A DNA stretch of 64,000 bases from Arenicellales bacterium. GTDB taxonomy: Bacteria; Pseudomonadota; Gammaproteobacteria; Arenicellales; JAJDZL01. Below are positions 29,002-38,918 of this stretch, piece after piece. Every line of letters begins with the position of its first letter. The stretch's first letter is position 1. Position numbers and translations under genes: made by a program. The notes beneath the pieces were generated by a model that was not told the origin of the DNA, made no database searches, and was given only the letters and a program-made list of their open reading frames with translations. The DNA is taken from assembly GCA_965232345.1 (NCBI GenBank), contig OZ246969.1, forward strand, positions 168 to 64,167, written 5' to 3'.

Positions 29002-30483
29002 GTGCTGAGCTCTCAGCTAAGCGCTCTGCATGTCGTCATTCCGCTTCTGGCGGCGCCGCTTTGCGCGATTTTCAGAAAACCCGCCATCGCGTGGCTGATT
29101 GCGCTGGCAGTCGGCATTGCCTGCAGTATCACATCAGTGGCCATTCTGCATCAGGTCCAGAATTCCGGTGTCATTGTCTATTCACTGGGCGGCTGGGCCG
29201 CGCCGTGGGGCATCGAGTATCGAATTGACACTGCGAACGCTCTGATTCTGCTGATCATCAGTTTCATCTACCTCATCACCATCATCTATGCTCGAACCAG
29301 CATCAGATCCGAAGTCCCCGACAATGGCCAGGGCTGGCTGTACACTGCGTGGATTCTGTGCTTTACCGGCCTTTCCGGGATAACCGTTTCGGGAGATGTG
29401 TTCAATGTCTTTGTCTTTCTGGAAATCTCATCTTTATCCACATACATTCTGATCAGCTTCGGCAAAGACCGGCGCTGCCTGACGGCGGCGTTTCGATATC
29501 TAGTCATGGGAACGATTGCCGCATCATTCTATCTGATTGGCATTGGCTTCCTCTATTCCCTGACTGGCACACTGAACATGGCCGATCTGTCGATGCGTCT
29601 GCCGGAGCTCGCCAGTCAGAACACCGTCGCGGTCGCATTCGGCTTCATCATCATCGGACTGGCCATCAAGATGGCGCTGTTTCCGCTGCATGCCTGGTTG
29701 CCGAATGCCTATGCTTATGCACCGGATGCCATAACTGCGTTTCTCGCCGGAACTGCAACCAAGGCGGCGGTGTATGTGTTCATGCGACTTGCATTCGCGA
29801 TTTTCCCCGATCAGTACTTCAGCGACTTCACCTCCACACATGAGATCGTCTTGGCTGTCGGCATCATCAGCGCGGTGGCGACATCGGCCGTGGCGATTTT
29901 TCAAGACGATCTGAAGCGGCTGTTTGCGTGGTCCAGTATCGGCCAGATCGGATACATCGCCGTGGGAGTCGGATTGGCATCGGTGGCAGGTGTTGCCGCA
30001 TCGTTTCTGCACCTTTTCAATCATGCGATCATGAAGACCGCGATCTTCATGGCGATCGGCGGTCTGGTTGTAGTGACCGGTTCAACCACCACAGCGGCCC
30101 TTAAGAACGCCGGCCGTCGCATGCCATGGACGATGGCGGCGATTCTGATCGGCGGGCTGAGCCTGATCGGCGTTCCGCTCACCACCGGCTTTATCAGCAA
30201 ATGGTATCTGGTGTCCGCGTCGCTTGAGCAGAACTACTGGTGGCTGGCCGGATTGATTCTTCTCGGCTCATTGGTTACCGCCGCCTATGTCTGGAAAGTC
30301 GTTGAGCTTGCCTACTTCCGTAAAGAGCCAGAGACGGAGGTCATACGACAGGAAGCGCCCTTGCCGCTGCTGATTCCAACCTGGATTCTGATCGTCGGCA
30401 ACATTTATTTCGGAATTGACGCCCGATTCACTGGATCAACCGCCACTCAGGCGGCCTCTGCGATACTTGGAGTTTCACCGTGA
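29002..30483 (+). CDS. Proton-conducting membrane subunit, MrpD/NuoM/NuoN family (copy 1)
   Basis: 493 aa. It is polytopic with FPLHAWLPNAYAYAP and LFNHAIMKTAIFM motifs of the Proton_antipo_M family. Confidence 0.8.
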   Translation: MLSSQLSALHVVIPLLAAPLCAIFRKPAIAWLIALAVGIACSITSVAILHQVQNSGVIVYSLGGWAAPWGIEYRIDTANALILLIISFIYLITIIYARTSIRSEVPDNGQGWLYTAWILCFTGLSGITVSGDVFNVFVFLEISSLSTYILISFGKDRRCLTAAFRYLVMGTIAASFYLIGIGFLYSLTGTLNMADLSMRLPELASQNTVAVAFGFIIIGLAIKMALFPLHAWLPNAYAYAPDAITAFLAGTATKAAVYVFMRLAFAIFPDQYFSDFTSTHEIVLAVGIISAVATSAVAIFQDDLKRLFAWSSIGQIGYIAVGVGLASVAGVAASFLHLFNHAIMKTAIFMAIGGLVVVTGSTTTAALKNAGRRMPWTMAAILIGGLSLIGVPLTTGFISKWYLVSASLEQNYWWLAGLILLGSLVTAAYVWKVVELAYFRKEPETEVIRQEAPLPLLIPTWILIVGNIYFGIDARFTGSTATQAASAILGVSP

Positions 30484-31946
30484 GCGGCGTCTCCAGTCTC
30501 CAGTTCTACTGCCTGATCACCCCGTTCCTTGCGGTGGCGCTGATCGCGACAGTCGGACGCGCATATCCGATGCTGTATGAGGCAATCAACGCGACAATTG
30601 CCGCTCTGACTTTTGTGCTGGCGCTGCTTCTCTACAGCGCGATTGACGAAGGGCCGATAGAGCCCCTGGTTCTGTTTGAACCTTTTGCTGGTGTTTCCAT
30701 TTCGCTTCAGGCTGAACCGCTCGGCATGCTTTTCGCCCTGATGGCCAGTTTTCTCTGGATTGTGACATCCATCTATTCTTTCGGATACATGCGAGGCCAT
30801 GGTGAGAAAAACCTCGCACGCTTCAATCTGTTTTTCGCAATCGCAATCTCCAGCGCGATCGGAATCGCTCTGGCAGCCAACGGATTCACCCTGTTTCTGT
30901 TCTATGAAGCGCTGACTCTGTCAACTTTCCCACTGGTCACCCATGCCGGTACAGACAAGGCCAGGCGGGCCGGTCGAATTTACCTGTTCCTGCTGCTGGG
31001 CACTTCAGTCGGCATGCTGCTGCTGGCTTTGATCTGGACCTGGATACTCACCGGTACGCTCGACTTTCAGGCTGGCGGTGTCTTTGAGAGCGATGTCAGC
31101 AAGACAACGCTCAATATCCTGCTGGTGCTCTACGTATTCGGAATCGGCAAAGCAGCGCTGATGCCGTTTCACCGCTGGCTGCCCGCTGCAATGGTCGCAC
31201 CAACACCCGTCAGCGCCCTGCTGCACGCAGTCGCGGTGGTTAAGGCAGGAGTTTTTGCGGTCTTGAAAATTTCAATCTACATTTTCGGCATCGAACTTCT
31301 CCAGCAGCTGCAGGTGCATCGCTATCTGGCTTATGTCGCTGCATTCACCATTATTGCGACTGCGATCATCGCGCTCAGAAAAGACAACCTCAAAGCGCGG
31401 CTGGCATATTCCACAGTTGGTCAGCTGTCCTACATCGTTCTCGGCGCCTTGGTTGCGAATGCCGCCGGCATCGTCGGCGGAGGATTGCACATGCTGATGC
31501 ATGGATTCGGCAAGATCACGCTGTTTTTCGGCGCCGGTGCAATTCTGGTGGCAACTCACAAGACGGAAATCAGTCAGATGCGCGGCATCGGCCGCCGCAT
31601 GCCAGTGACAATGACTGCATTCTTCATCGGCTGCATCGCGATCATCGGCGCGCCGCCCACCGGCGGCATGTGGAGCAAATGGAATCTGCTCGTCGGGGCG
31701 GCAGGCACTTCAGACTGGGTGCTGCTGGCCGCCCTGATTGTCGGATCACTGCTCAGCGCCGCGTATCTGCTGCCCATCGTTGTGCGCGCCTTCTACCACG
31801 CCCCCGACAATGATCATGGCGCCATCAAGGAAGCGCCCGTCACGATTCTGATTGCGATGATCATCAGCGCGGCGGGCTGCATTGCATTGTTCATTGCGCC
31901 CGATTTCGCGTTTGACCTGATGCAGATGATCGCTTTATCCAGGTGA
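30480..31946 (+). CDS. Proton-conducting membrane subunit, MrpD/NuoM/NuoN family (copy 2)
   Basis: 488 aa with MPFHRWLPAAMVAPTPVSALLHAVAVVKAGVF. It overlaps the upstream gene by 4 nt. Confidence 0.8.
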   Translation: MSGVSSLQFYCLITPFLAVALIATVGRAYPMLYEAINATIAALTFVLALLLYSAIDEGPIEPLVLFEPFAGVSISLQAEPLGMLFALMASFLWIVTSIYSFGYMRGHGEKNLARFNLFFAIAISSAIGIALAANGFTLFLFYEALTLSTFPLVTHAGTDKARRAGRIYLFLLLGTSVGMLLLALIWTWILTGTLDFQAGGVFESDVSKTTLNILLVLYVFGIGKAALMPFHRWLPAAMVAPTPVSALLHAVAVVKAGVFAVLKISIYIFGIELLQQLQVHRYLAYVAAFTIIATAIIALRKDNLKARLAYSTVGQLSYIVLGALVANAAGIVGGGLHMLMHGFGKITLFFGAGAILVATHKTEISQMRGIGRRMPVTMTAFFIGCIAIIGAPPTGGMWSKWNLLVGAAGTSDWVLLAALIVGSLLSAAYLLPIVVRAFYHAPDNDHGAIKEAPVTILIAMIISAAGCIALFIAPDFAFDLMQMIALSR

Positions 31947-32209
31947 ACTCAATGAAGAAGAGCCAAGAAGCAAGTTCGAATCTTCCCAGAGCCACAGGGC
32001 TCAGGCGAATTCTCACATGGTTTTACGCCGCGTGTGCAATCGTCGTCGTTCTTGACCTGATCATTCATCGGCACATCTACCATCCCTGGGAATCACTGCT
32101 GTTCTTCTACTGCGTGTTCGGATTCGTGGCCTGCGTCCTGCTGGTGGTCATTTCGAAATGGATGCGAAGATTGCTGATGCGAAGCGAGGACTATTACGAT
32201 GGGCATTGA
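31943..32209 (+). CDS. Small 2-TM membrane protein embedded in the Mrp cluster
   Basis: 88 aa with two hydrophobic helices. It overlaps both neighbours (4 nt and 11 nt), which supports translation. Confidence 0.55.
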   Translation: MNSMKKSQEASSNLPRATGLRRILTWFYAACAIVVVLDLIIHRHIYHPWESLLFFYCVFGFVACVLLVVISKWMRRLLMRSEDYYDGH

Positions 32210-33896
32210 GATTCCGCCTTTCGCCGTATTCTTCGCAGGCGCCCTGCTGGCGCTGTTCGCGCGCCGGGCACTCCTGTCCATCATCTGTGTCGCGGTGCCG
32301 CTGGTCAGCGCTTTCTTTCTGATTGTTTCAAATCCACCGGATGCATACGTAGAGACTTCAATCGTTGGCCTGCAGCTGATTCTTTTCAGCCCGGACAAGC
32401 TGAGTCTGCTGTTCGGGTATGTGTTTCATATCGCGGCGCTGCTCGGCGGCATATTCGCCTGGCGGGTCAGGAATCCGATTCATCAGGCCGCGGCGCTCGC
32501 TTATGCCGGCAGCGCATTGGGCGCGGTATTCTGCGGGGATCTGGTCACCCTGTTCCTGTTCTGGGAGCTGATGGCCTTCAGCTCCGCATTTCTGGTTTGG
32601 TTTGGCGGCACCCGGAACTCCGTGCAAGCCGGCACTCGCTACCTGATCATCCAGCTCATCTCCGGATTCCTGCTGCTGGCAGGAACGGTGCTTCACTACC
32701 ACGAAACGGGCTCGCTGGAGTTCACACACATAGGACTGACCGGCACAGCTTCCACCCTGATATTCATCGCCTTTGGAATCAAGTGCGCCTTTCCGCTCCT
32801 GCACAACTGGCTGACTGACGCCTATCCGGAATCGACACCCGCCGGAACGGTCTTTCTGAGCGCATTCACCACCAAAGTGGCTGTCTACGCTCTGGCGCGC
32901 GGTTTTGCCGGAACAGAATTCCTGGTTTACATCGGCATGATCATGGCCTGTTTTCCGATTTTCTACGCAGTCATCGAAAATGACCTCCGAAGAGTTCTGG
33001 CATACAGCATCATCAATCAGATCGGATTCATGGTCTGCGGCATCGGCATCGGCACTGAGCTGGCTATCAACGGCACAGCCGCGCACGCCTTCTCACATAT
33101 CATCTACAAGGCTTTGCTGCTGATGTCAATGGGTGCCGTTCTCTATCGAACGGGCAAGATGAACGGGTCGGACCTGGGAGGGCTCTATAAGTCGATGCCC
33201 AAAACCGCGGTGTTCTGCATGGTCGGCGCCGCCTCGATTTCAGCATTTCCGCTGTTCAGCGGTTTTGTCAGCAAAACCATGGTGATGACCGCCGCATTGA
33301 ACGAAGGCTATCACATGGTGTGGCTTGCCCTGCTCTTTGCATCAGCCGGCGTGTTTCACCATGCCGGAATCAAGGTTCCCTTCTTTGCTTTCTTTGCGCA
33401 TGACTCCGGCATCCGCGTCAAGGAAGCGCCCACCAGCATGCTGATCGCAATGGGAATCGCCGCGTTTCTCTGCATCGGCATCGGCGTTTTTCCGCAGTAC
33501 CTGTACAGCCTGCTTCCATACGAAACCGATTACTCGGCTTACGATGCAACCCATGTCCTCGCCCAGACTCAGCTGCTGCTGTTTTCTGCGCTGGCGTTTG
33601 TGTGGCTCAAGCTGTCGGGCATCTATCCGCCCGAGCTGAGAAGTGTCAACATTGATGTCGAGTGGCTGTACAGGAAAGCATTCGTCGTGCTGGGGCGATA
33701 TGGAACTTATGCGACCCAAGCTTTCGTGGCCCGAACCTATTCAATTCTGATCGCGCTGGTCCGTCGAATTTACCGCGGAGTTGTTCGTACAGCAGGCCGG
33801 GATTCCAAGGTCGCGAGAGAGTGGACAGTTGATCTTGCTGCGGCAGTCGTCGTTCTGCTATTCTCGGTATTCGTTATTTTTCTTGTTGCCGCTTAG
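32199..33896 (+). CDS. Proton-conducting membrane subunit, MrpA/MrpD/NuoL-like (copy 3)
   Basis: 565 aa with FPLLHNWLTDAYPESTPAGTVFLSAFTTKVAVY and HAFSHIIYKALLLM motifs. Confidence 0.8.
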   Translation: MGIEIPPFAVFFAGALLALFARRALLSIICVAVPLVSAFFLIVSNPPDAYVETSIVGLQLILFSPDKLSLLFGYVFHIAALLGGIFAWRVRNPIHQAAALAYAGSALGAVFCGDLVTLFLFWELMAFSSAFLVWFGGTRNSVQAGTRYLIIQLISGFLLLAGTVLHYHETGSLEFTHIGLTGTASTLIFIAFGIKCAFPLLHNWLTDAYPESTPAGTVFLSAFTTKVAVYALARGFAGTEFLVYIGMIMACFPIFYAVIENDLRRVLAYSIINQIGFMVCGIGIGTELAINGTAAHAFSHIIYKALLLMSMGAVLYRTGKMNGSDLGGLYKSMPKTAVFCMVGAASISAFPLFSGFVSKTMVMTAALNEGYHMVWLALLFASAGVFHHAGIKVPFFAFFAHDSGIRVKEAPTSMLIAMGIAAFLCIGIGVFPQYLYSLLPYETDYSAYDATHVLAQTQLLLFSALAFVWLKLSGIYPPELRSVNIDVEWLYRKAFVVLGRYGTYATQAFVARTYSILIALVRRIYRGVVRTAGRDSKVAREWTVDLAAAVVVLLFSVFVIFLVAA

Positions 33897-33923
33897 GCTT
33901 CAGCTTTCACCCGGCATTTACCG

Positions 33924-34307
33924 TCATCCCTGAATTGCGCGGGCAGCCGCGATGCCAATGACACAGGCTGCGATCGACAGTCCGGCAGAGCCGAATGCGT
34001 AAATCAGCGCTTCTGCGATTCGGCCTTGATTCAGCAGCAGCCAGCAATCCAATGAATAGGCGGAGAATGTAGTGTAGCCGCCCAGAAACCCAGTCATCAC
34101 CAACGCGGTATAGCGGCCTGTCTCCCCGCTCAGTCCACCGAATGTCACAAACAGCATGCCGATCACAAATGAGCCGCTTACGTTGACCAGCAGGGTGGAA
34201 TACGGAAAACCGCCTCCAAGCATTCGGGTTTCGGCCAGTCCTGTCAGATAGCGTCCAACAGCACCGAGTGCTCCGCCAGCCGCCACCTGCAGAATAGTCC
34301 AGCTCAT
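33924..34307 (-). CDS. crcB: Fluoride efflux channel CrcB/FluC
   Basis: 127 aa with 4 TM segments. It contains GGALGAVGRY and GFLGGYTTFSAY, typical of CrcB. Confidence 0.85.
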   Translation of the reverse strand: MSWTILQVAAGGALGAVGRYLTGLAETRMLGGGFPYSTLLVNVSGSFVIGMLFVTFGGLSGETGRYTALVMTGFLGGYTTFSAYSLDCWLLLNQGRIAEALIYAFGSAGLSIAACVIGIAAARAIQG

Positions 34308-34384
34308 GTCCCGACTTGAGAGCTGTGATGATTTTTCAATTCATATATCACTGCTAACATTTTGTTATAGTTTTAGAAAAGCAC

Positions 34385-35107
34385 TTATGTTGTTTCTTCA
34401 AGCTTTCGCCATATACTGCCATCTTTGCTGACCTGATCGATATCATCCAGAATCTTCTCGTGCAATGCCAGTTCGGATTCATCAGCCCGAATGACAACTA
34501 TATTGACCGGTTCAGTGCGCTCTTTTCGCTTCTGCACCTTTTTCCCAGTCGCATCATATTCGACTGAGAAATCAAGATCGAGCGTCGTCTGTCCACTCGT
34601 CAGCGCAAGGTAGACATTGACCAGAATCTCAGCATCCTGCAGAGCGCCGTGCAGCTCCCGTCCAGACAGGTCGATGCCATACTCATTCGCCAGGGCATCC
34701 AAGCTGTTGCGTCGCCCGGGTCTCTTTTCTCTGGCGACTTCAAGCGTGTCGTAGACTTCGCAGATCGACCTGATTTCTGCGTATTCTGTACTGGCATTCT
34801 GAAACTCAAAGTCAAGAAAACCCAGATCAAATTCCGCATTGTGAATAATGAGCTCGCTGCCCTCAATGAACTCATACAGCTCACTCGCCACTTCGGAGAA
34901 CTTTGGCTGGTCAGCCAGAAAATCATTGCCGATCCCATGAATTTTCAAGGCATCCCGCTCGACTTCGCGTTCCGGGTTGACGTAGTAATGCAAATGTTTG
35001 CCGGTGCGCGCTCTTGACACAAGCTCAACGCAGGCAAACTCAATTACCCGATGACCATTGCTGACCTCCAGGCCGGTGGTTTCAGTATCCAGCACAACCT
35101 GCCTCAC
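34385..35107 (-). CDS. dnaQ: DNA polymerase III subunit epsilon (3'-5' exonuclease)
   Basis: Exo motifs [20 protein letters not shown] and [10 protein letters not shown]. Confidence 0.9.
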   Translation of the reverse strand: MRQVVLDTETTGLEVSNGHRVIEFACVELVSRARTGKHLHYYVNPEREVERDALKIHGIGNDFLADQPKFSEVASELYEFIEGSELIIHNAEFDLGFLDFEFQNASTEYAEIRSICEVYDTLEVAREKRPGRRNSLDALANEYGIDLSGRELHGALQDAEILVNVYLALTSGQTTLDLDFSVEYDATGKKVQKRKERTEPVNIVVIRADESELALHEKILDDIDQVSKDGSIWRKLEETT

Positions 35108-35562
35108 TTTGAGCCTCCGGGAATCGCATTGCGCGCCAGCTCGTCAGCCCTGTCGTTCCACTCATCTCCGCTATGGCCTTTGACCCACATCCAGGTGACT
35201 TGATGGTATGAGCTGAGCTGGTCCAGCTCTTTCCACAAGTCAACGTTCTTTACAGGTTTTCCGCCTTTAGTCATCCAGCTTTTCCTCTTCCATTGATTGA
35301 TCCATTGTGTGATGCCGTTTCGCAGATAAGTTGAATCCGTATAGAGAGTGACTTCCGACTTTCTTTTCAATACCCGGAGCGCTTTGATCGCGGCAGTCAT
35401 TTCCATGCGATTGTTTGTCGTTCGAACTTCGCCGCCGGAGATTTCTTTGGTCCGGTCGTTCCAGAACAACAGCGCGCCCCAGCCGCCCGGACCGGGATTT
35501 CCTGAACAGGCGCCATCCGTATAGATCGTAATTCTGGGCGGTGGTGCCGCGCGCACGCTCAA
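35104..35562 (-). CDS. rnhA: Ribonuclease HI
   Basis: [17 protein letters not shown]…[10 protein letters not shown]…TDS…WVKGHSG…N..AD. It overlaps dnaQ by 4 nt. Confidence 0.9.
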   Translation of the reverse strand: MSVRAAPPPRITIYTDGACSGNPGPGGWGALLFWNDRTKEISGGEVRTTNNRMEMTAAIKALRVLKRKSEVTLYTDSTYLRNGITQWINQWKRKSWMTKGGKPVKNVDLWKELDQLSSYHQVTWMWVKGHSGDEWNDRADELARNAIPGGSK

Positions 35563-35600
35563 TTGATTTCACCTTGCTGAGATTACTGTACAGAGCCTCG

Positions 35601-36341
35601 TCAGCACTCCAGTCCGAACCGTCGCTGTCTGAACTTGAGACTCGAGAAATTGGGCTTTATTCTAATCCCCAAATCGCGTTTTCGCGAGGCTAAAACATAA
35701 ACCGAACCCATCGCCGGCCACCATCTGGCGCCTGCAATCTCGAATTTTTCCAGCTTTCTCAAGCGATTGGCAGTTTTCGCAGGCGGCCTGAAGAATGCGA
35801 ACTCTCCTGCCACCACCTCAAACCCGGACAGCGTCAGCCAGTCTCGAATCCGACGGACAGGGTGAAACTGAACCCCGCCGGGCATCAGACTCTCCAGCCG
35901 ATTGAACTTTTTCATCAGGCTCAGCATGCCGCGCGGGTTGAATCCGGTGATCAGCAGCACTCCGTTGGAAGTGACACATTGCGACACTTCCCGCAGCACC
36001 TCATGCGGGTATTCGCTGAACTCCAGCGCATGCGGGAGAACCAGGAAGTCAATCGAATCTGATTCAAACGGCAGCCACTCTCCCTCACCGACGATCGAAT
36101 GTTCAATCTGTCGGTCCGGCTGCAGCGCAACTTTGCACTGCACCAGCGACTCTTTGCCAATAAAATATTGAAGTCTTGAGGGGCCTTCCACCTGCACGCA
36201 GACACGGAAGTAATTTTCTGGAACCAATCGAGCGGATGCTTCGGTTTCGACCCTGGTAACGGCTTGTCCCAGTGAGGAGTCAAACCACTGCAAGGATTCA
36301 TAGTGCTGTGCTGACTGCCCAGTCGTTCTGGAATTCATCAA
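35601..36341 (-). CDS. Class I SAM-dependent methyltransferase (YafS-like position next to rnhA)
   Basis: 246 aa with a Methyltransf_11-like core (IDFLVLPHALEF…LREVSQCVTSNGVLLITGFNP). Confidence 0.65.
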   Translation of the reverse strand: MMNSRTTGQSAQHYESLQWFDSSLGQAVTRVETEASARLVPENYFRVCVQVEGPSRLQYFIGKESLVQCKVALQPDRQIEHSIVGEGEWLPFESDSIDFLVLPHALEFSEYPHEVLREVSQCVTSNGVLLITGFNPRGMLSLMKKFNRLESLMPGGVQFHPVRRIRDWLTLSGFEVVAGEFAFFRPPAKTANRLRKLEKFEIAGARWWPAMGSVYVLASRKRDLGIRIKPNFSSLKFRQRRFGLEC

Positions 36342-36491
36342 ATTTTGCCCCTGTCAATAACTTGTGATATATTACCCATTCCACCAAAAATATACATGTA
36401 CGAGGCTGAAGAGCCTTTGAGAAACATCCGGATTCTTTCTCACCTGCTGCTCGTTTGACGCCTTCGCTGCAGAAATATTCGCTACTATAAA

Positions 36492-38135
36492 ATGCAAAAT
36501 TCTTTTGGTCAACCTGCCTTGCGGCCGCTGACTCTGTTTTTCTTTGGTGTTGCCATTTCCATTTCGCTGATTCTGGCACATGCACCGGCAGGCAGCACGC
36601 TCTTCCCCTTCCAATTCATTTCGACTGCGCAGGCTGAATACGAATTCGACCATTCTGCCGACACGATTGACTACCGAAACAACCGACTGCCCGAGCCCTA
36701 CAAGCCCGCAGGATATGGTTTGTTCAATCAGCCGGTGATTCAGCAGGAAGTAAAACTGGTTCCCAAAGTTGAAGAACCAGTGAATATCTGGCCGGCGATT
36801 CGAGCCGGCTTCAAACTTGGGGAGTTTGACAGCAAACTAGTGAAGCGGCACGAAAAGCGTTTCACACGCAATCCAAAGCACTTCGAGCGAATTCTGGAGC
36901 GGGCAGAACCCTACCTGCCGTACATTCTTGAGCAGACGAATCGGTACAGCATGCCAACGGAAGTTGTATTGCTGCCGTTGATTGAAAGCGGCTACAACCC
37001 CAGAATCTACTCCTCGCGCGGCGCGGCCGGCCTGTGGCAGTTCATGCCAGCGACGGGACGCCACTATGGACTGAAACAGAACTGGTGGTACGAGGGACGT
37101 CGCGACATCACTTTCTCAACGGACGCGGCGCTCAGGCACTTGCGAGATCTGAACGAACTCTTCGACGGCGACTGGCCGCTGTCATTTGCGGCATACAACG
37201 CCGGCCACAATGGCATCAACAGGGCCATCCGATCAAACAAGCGGAAGAACAAACCGACCGACCTGAAGTCACTGCGGCTCAATTCGGAAACACGGAACTT
37301 CTACCCGAAACTGATCGCAGTCAAGAACATCATTCAGAATCCGGATAAATTCGGCATCAAGCTGCCTGAAATCTCAACCCGATCGCCATTCCAGATCGTT
37401 GAGTTCGACTTTCAGGTTGATCTGATCGTGCTGTCCAGGGCCATCAATGTGGAATCACTGCAATTGGCTTTGCTGAATCCGGGACTGCGCCGGCATGCGA
37501 CCCCGCCCGACGGTCCGTTCAGAGTCCTGGTGCCCAGAGATAAGCATCAGGAAACACTTGACTGGAAACGCGATCTGCGTCCCGCTGGGGCCGTAGTTTC
37601 CGTGATTCATGTCGTTCAGGCGGGTGATACGCTGAGCGAGCTTGCTCAAAAATTCGGTGTTCCAGTCGCATCACTCATGACGATCAATGCGAAGAGCACG
37701 GATTTGATCCGAATCGGTGAGATCATCCGAGTACCGCACGGATCAAACCTTGGCGGTCTGAATGAATTCGGCGGTGCTGACATCGTCCATCGAGTGGTTT
37801 CAGGCGACAGCCTGAGCCGCATCGCACAGTCTTATGGCATTCGAGTCTCTGAATTGCGCGCAGCCAATGGAATTGGCAATCACTCAGATCTGATTCGGAT
37901 TGGACAGAAGCTGCGGATTCCAGACACGCATTACGCGAACTACGCCAACTCGCTTGCAACTGCAAGCGCCTCAGACTTGAGGTCCCGAACCGTTCACCGA
38001 GTCGTCTCCGGCGAATCGCTGTGGAGCATCGCCCGAAAATACAAGATCCGAGTGCTGGATCTGATCAACTGGAACAAGATCAGCCGTTCAGCGCACATTC
38101 ACCCAGGCCAGAAACTCGTCGTCTACATCTACTGA
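36492..38135 (+). CDS. mltD: Membrane-bound lytic murein transglycosylase D-like protein (SLT domain plus three LysM repeats)
   Basis: SLT catalytic block PLIESGYNP…GAAGLWQFMPATG, followed by three LysM repeats (HVVQAGDTLSELA, HRVVSGDSLSRIA, HRVVSGESLWSIA). Confidence 0.85.
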   Translation: MQNSFGQPALRPLTLFFFGVAISISLILAHAPAGSTLFPFQFISTAQAEYEFDHSADTIDYRNNRLPEPYKPAGYGLFNQPVIQQEVKLVPKVEEPVNIWPAIRAGFKLGEFDSKLVKRHEKRFTRNPKHFERILERAEPYLPYILEQTNRYSMPTEVVLLPLIESGYNPRIYSSRGAAGLWQFMPATGRHYGLKQNWWYEGRRDITFSTDAALRHLRDLNELFDGDWPLSFAAYNAGHNGINRAIRSNKRKNKPTDLKSLRLNSETRNFYPKLIAVKNIIQNPDKFGIKLPEISTRSPFQIVEFDFQVDLIVLSRAINVESLQLALLNPGLRRHATPPDGPFRVLVPRDKHQETLDWKRDLRPAGAVVSVIHVVQAGDTLSELAQKFGVPVASLMTINAKSTDLIRIGEIIRVPHGSNLGGLNEFGGADIVHRVVSGDSLSRIAQSYGIRVSELRAANGIGNHSDLIRIGQKLRIPDTHYANYANSLATASASDLRSRTVHRVVSGESLWSIARKYKIRVLDLINWNKISRSAHIHPGQKLVVYIY

Positions 38136-38137
38136 GT

Positions 38138-38911
38138 TCAGAGCGGCTGGCTACAGGCGTTCAGCAGCTGCCGAACTTTCCATAGATCGTCCCAGGACTT
38201 TGCCTTTTCTGAAGGCTTTCTCAGCAGATAGGCTGGATGGTAGGTCACCACCAGATCAATATCCGTGTCTTTGAACTTGTAGGACTGTCTTCGCAATCGT
38301 CCAAGCGCCAGCTCAGTGTCAAGCAGAAGGTGTGCGCTGATTCGACCGAGCGCGACAATCACTTTGGGCTGAATCAAGTCGATTTGCCTGCGCAGATACG
38401 CGGAGCAGGCTTTGGCCTCCTCAGGCGATGGATCGCGATTGTTAGGCGGTCTGCACTTCACAACGTTGCAGATATACACCTGACTCCGTTCAAAGCCCAG
38501 CGCCGAGATCATGGATGTCAGAAGCTGACCGGCCCTGCCCACGAATGGCAGCCCCTGTCGATCTTCCTCAGCACCGGGCCCCTCACCGATAAACAGAATA
38601 TCCGCGGTTTCGGAACCGGCACCGAATACAACCCGATTGCGCGAGCGGCTGAGTGAACACAGTTGACACGTCGATGCGACAGCCTCAACTGCCGCCATGT
38701 TCAGGTCCGCCAGAGGGTCGGCGACAGGCACCGGCTTTCTCTCTGCTGCTGGCGCGACATCAGCGACTTTATTGTCAAAAGTGATTGAAGACTGATCTGA
38801 ATCGTCTGCCGCTTCAGTATTCGAATCTTCCTCATTTGGGTCTTCGCCTTGCGATCGAAGCCGATAGACCTCGATGCCCATTGCTTTCAGGTAAGCGTCT
38901 TTTGACATCAA
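38138..38911 (-). CDS. Uracil-DNA glycosylase, family 4
   Basis: The C-terminal domain carries [23 protein letters not shown] and HPAYLLR motifs, with a low-complexity N-terminal extension. Confidence 0.85.
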   Translation of the reverse strand: MMSKDAYLKAMGIEVYRLRSQGEDPNEEDSNTEAADDSDQSSITFDNKVADVAPAAERKPVPVADPLADLNMAAVEAVASTCQLCSLSRSRNRVVFGAGSETADILFIGEGPGAEEDRQGLPFVGRAGQLLTSMISALGFERSQVYICNVVKCRPPNNRDPSPEEAKACSAYLRRQIDLIQPKVIVALGRISAHLLLDTELALGRLRRQSYKFKDTDIDLVVTYHPAYLLRKPSEKAKSWDDLWKVRQLLNACSQPL

Positions 38912-38918
38912 ATGCCAC

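Noticed and set aside
34308-34384. Fluoride riboswitch expected upstream of crcB
   Set aside because: The 77-nt spacer, read on the minus strand, is AT-rich. It lacks the conserved GGCGATG…CTGATGATGCCTAC-type elements of the crcB motif. crcB may be co-transcribed with dnaQ.
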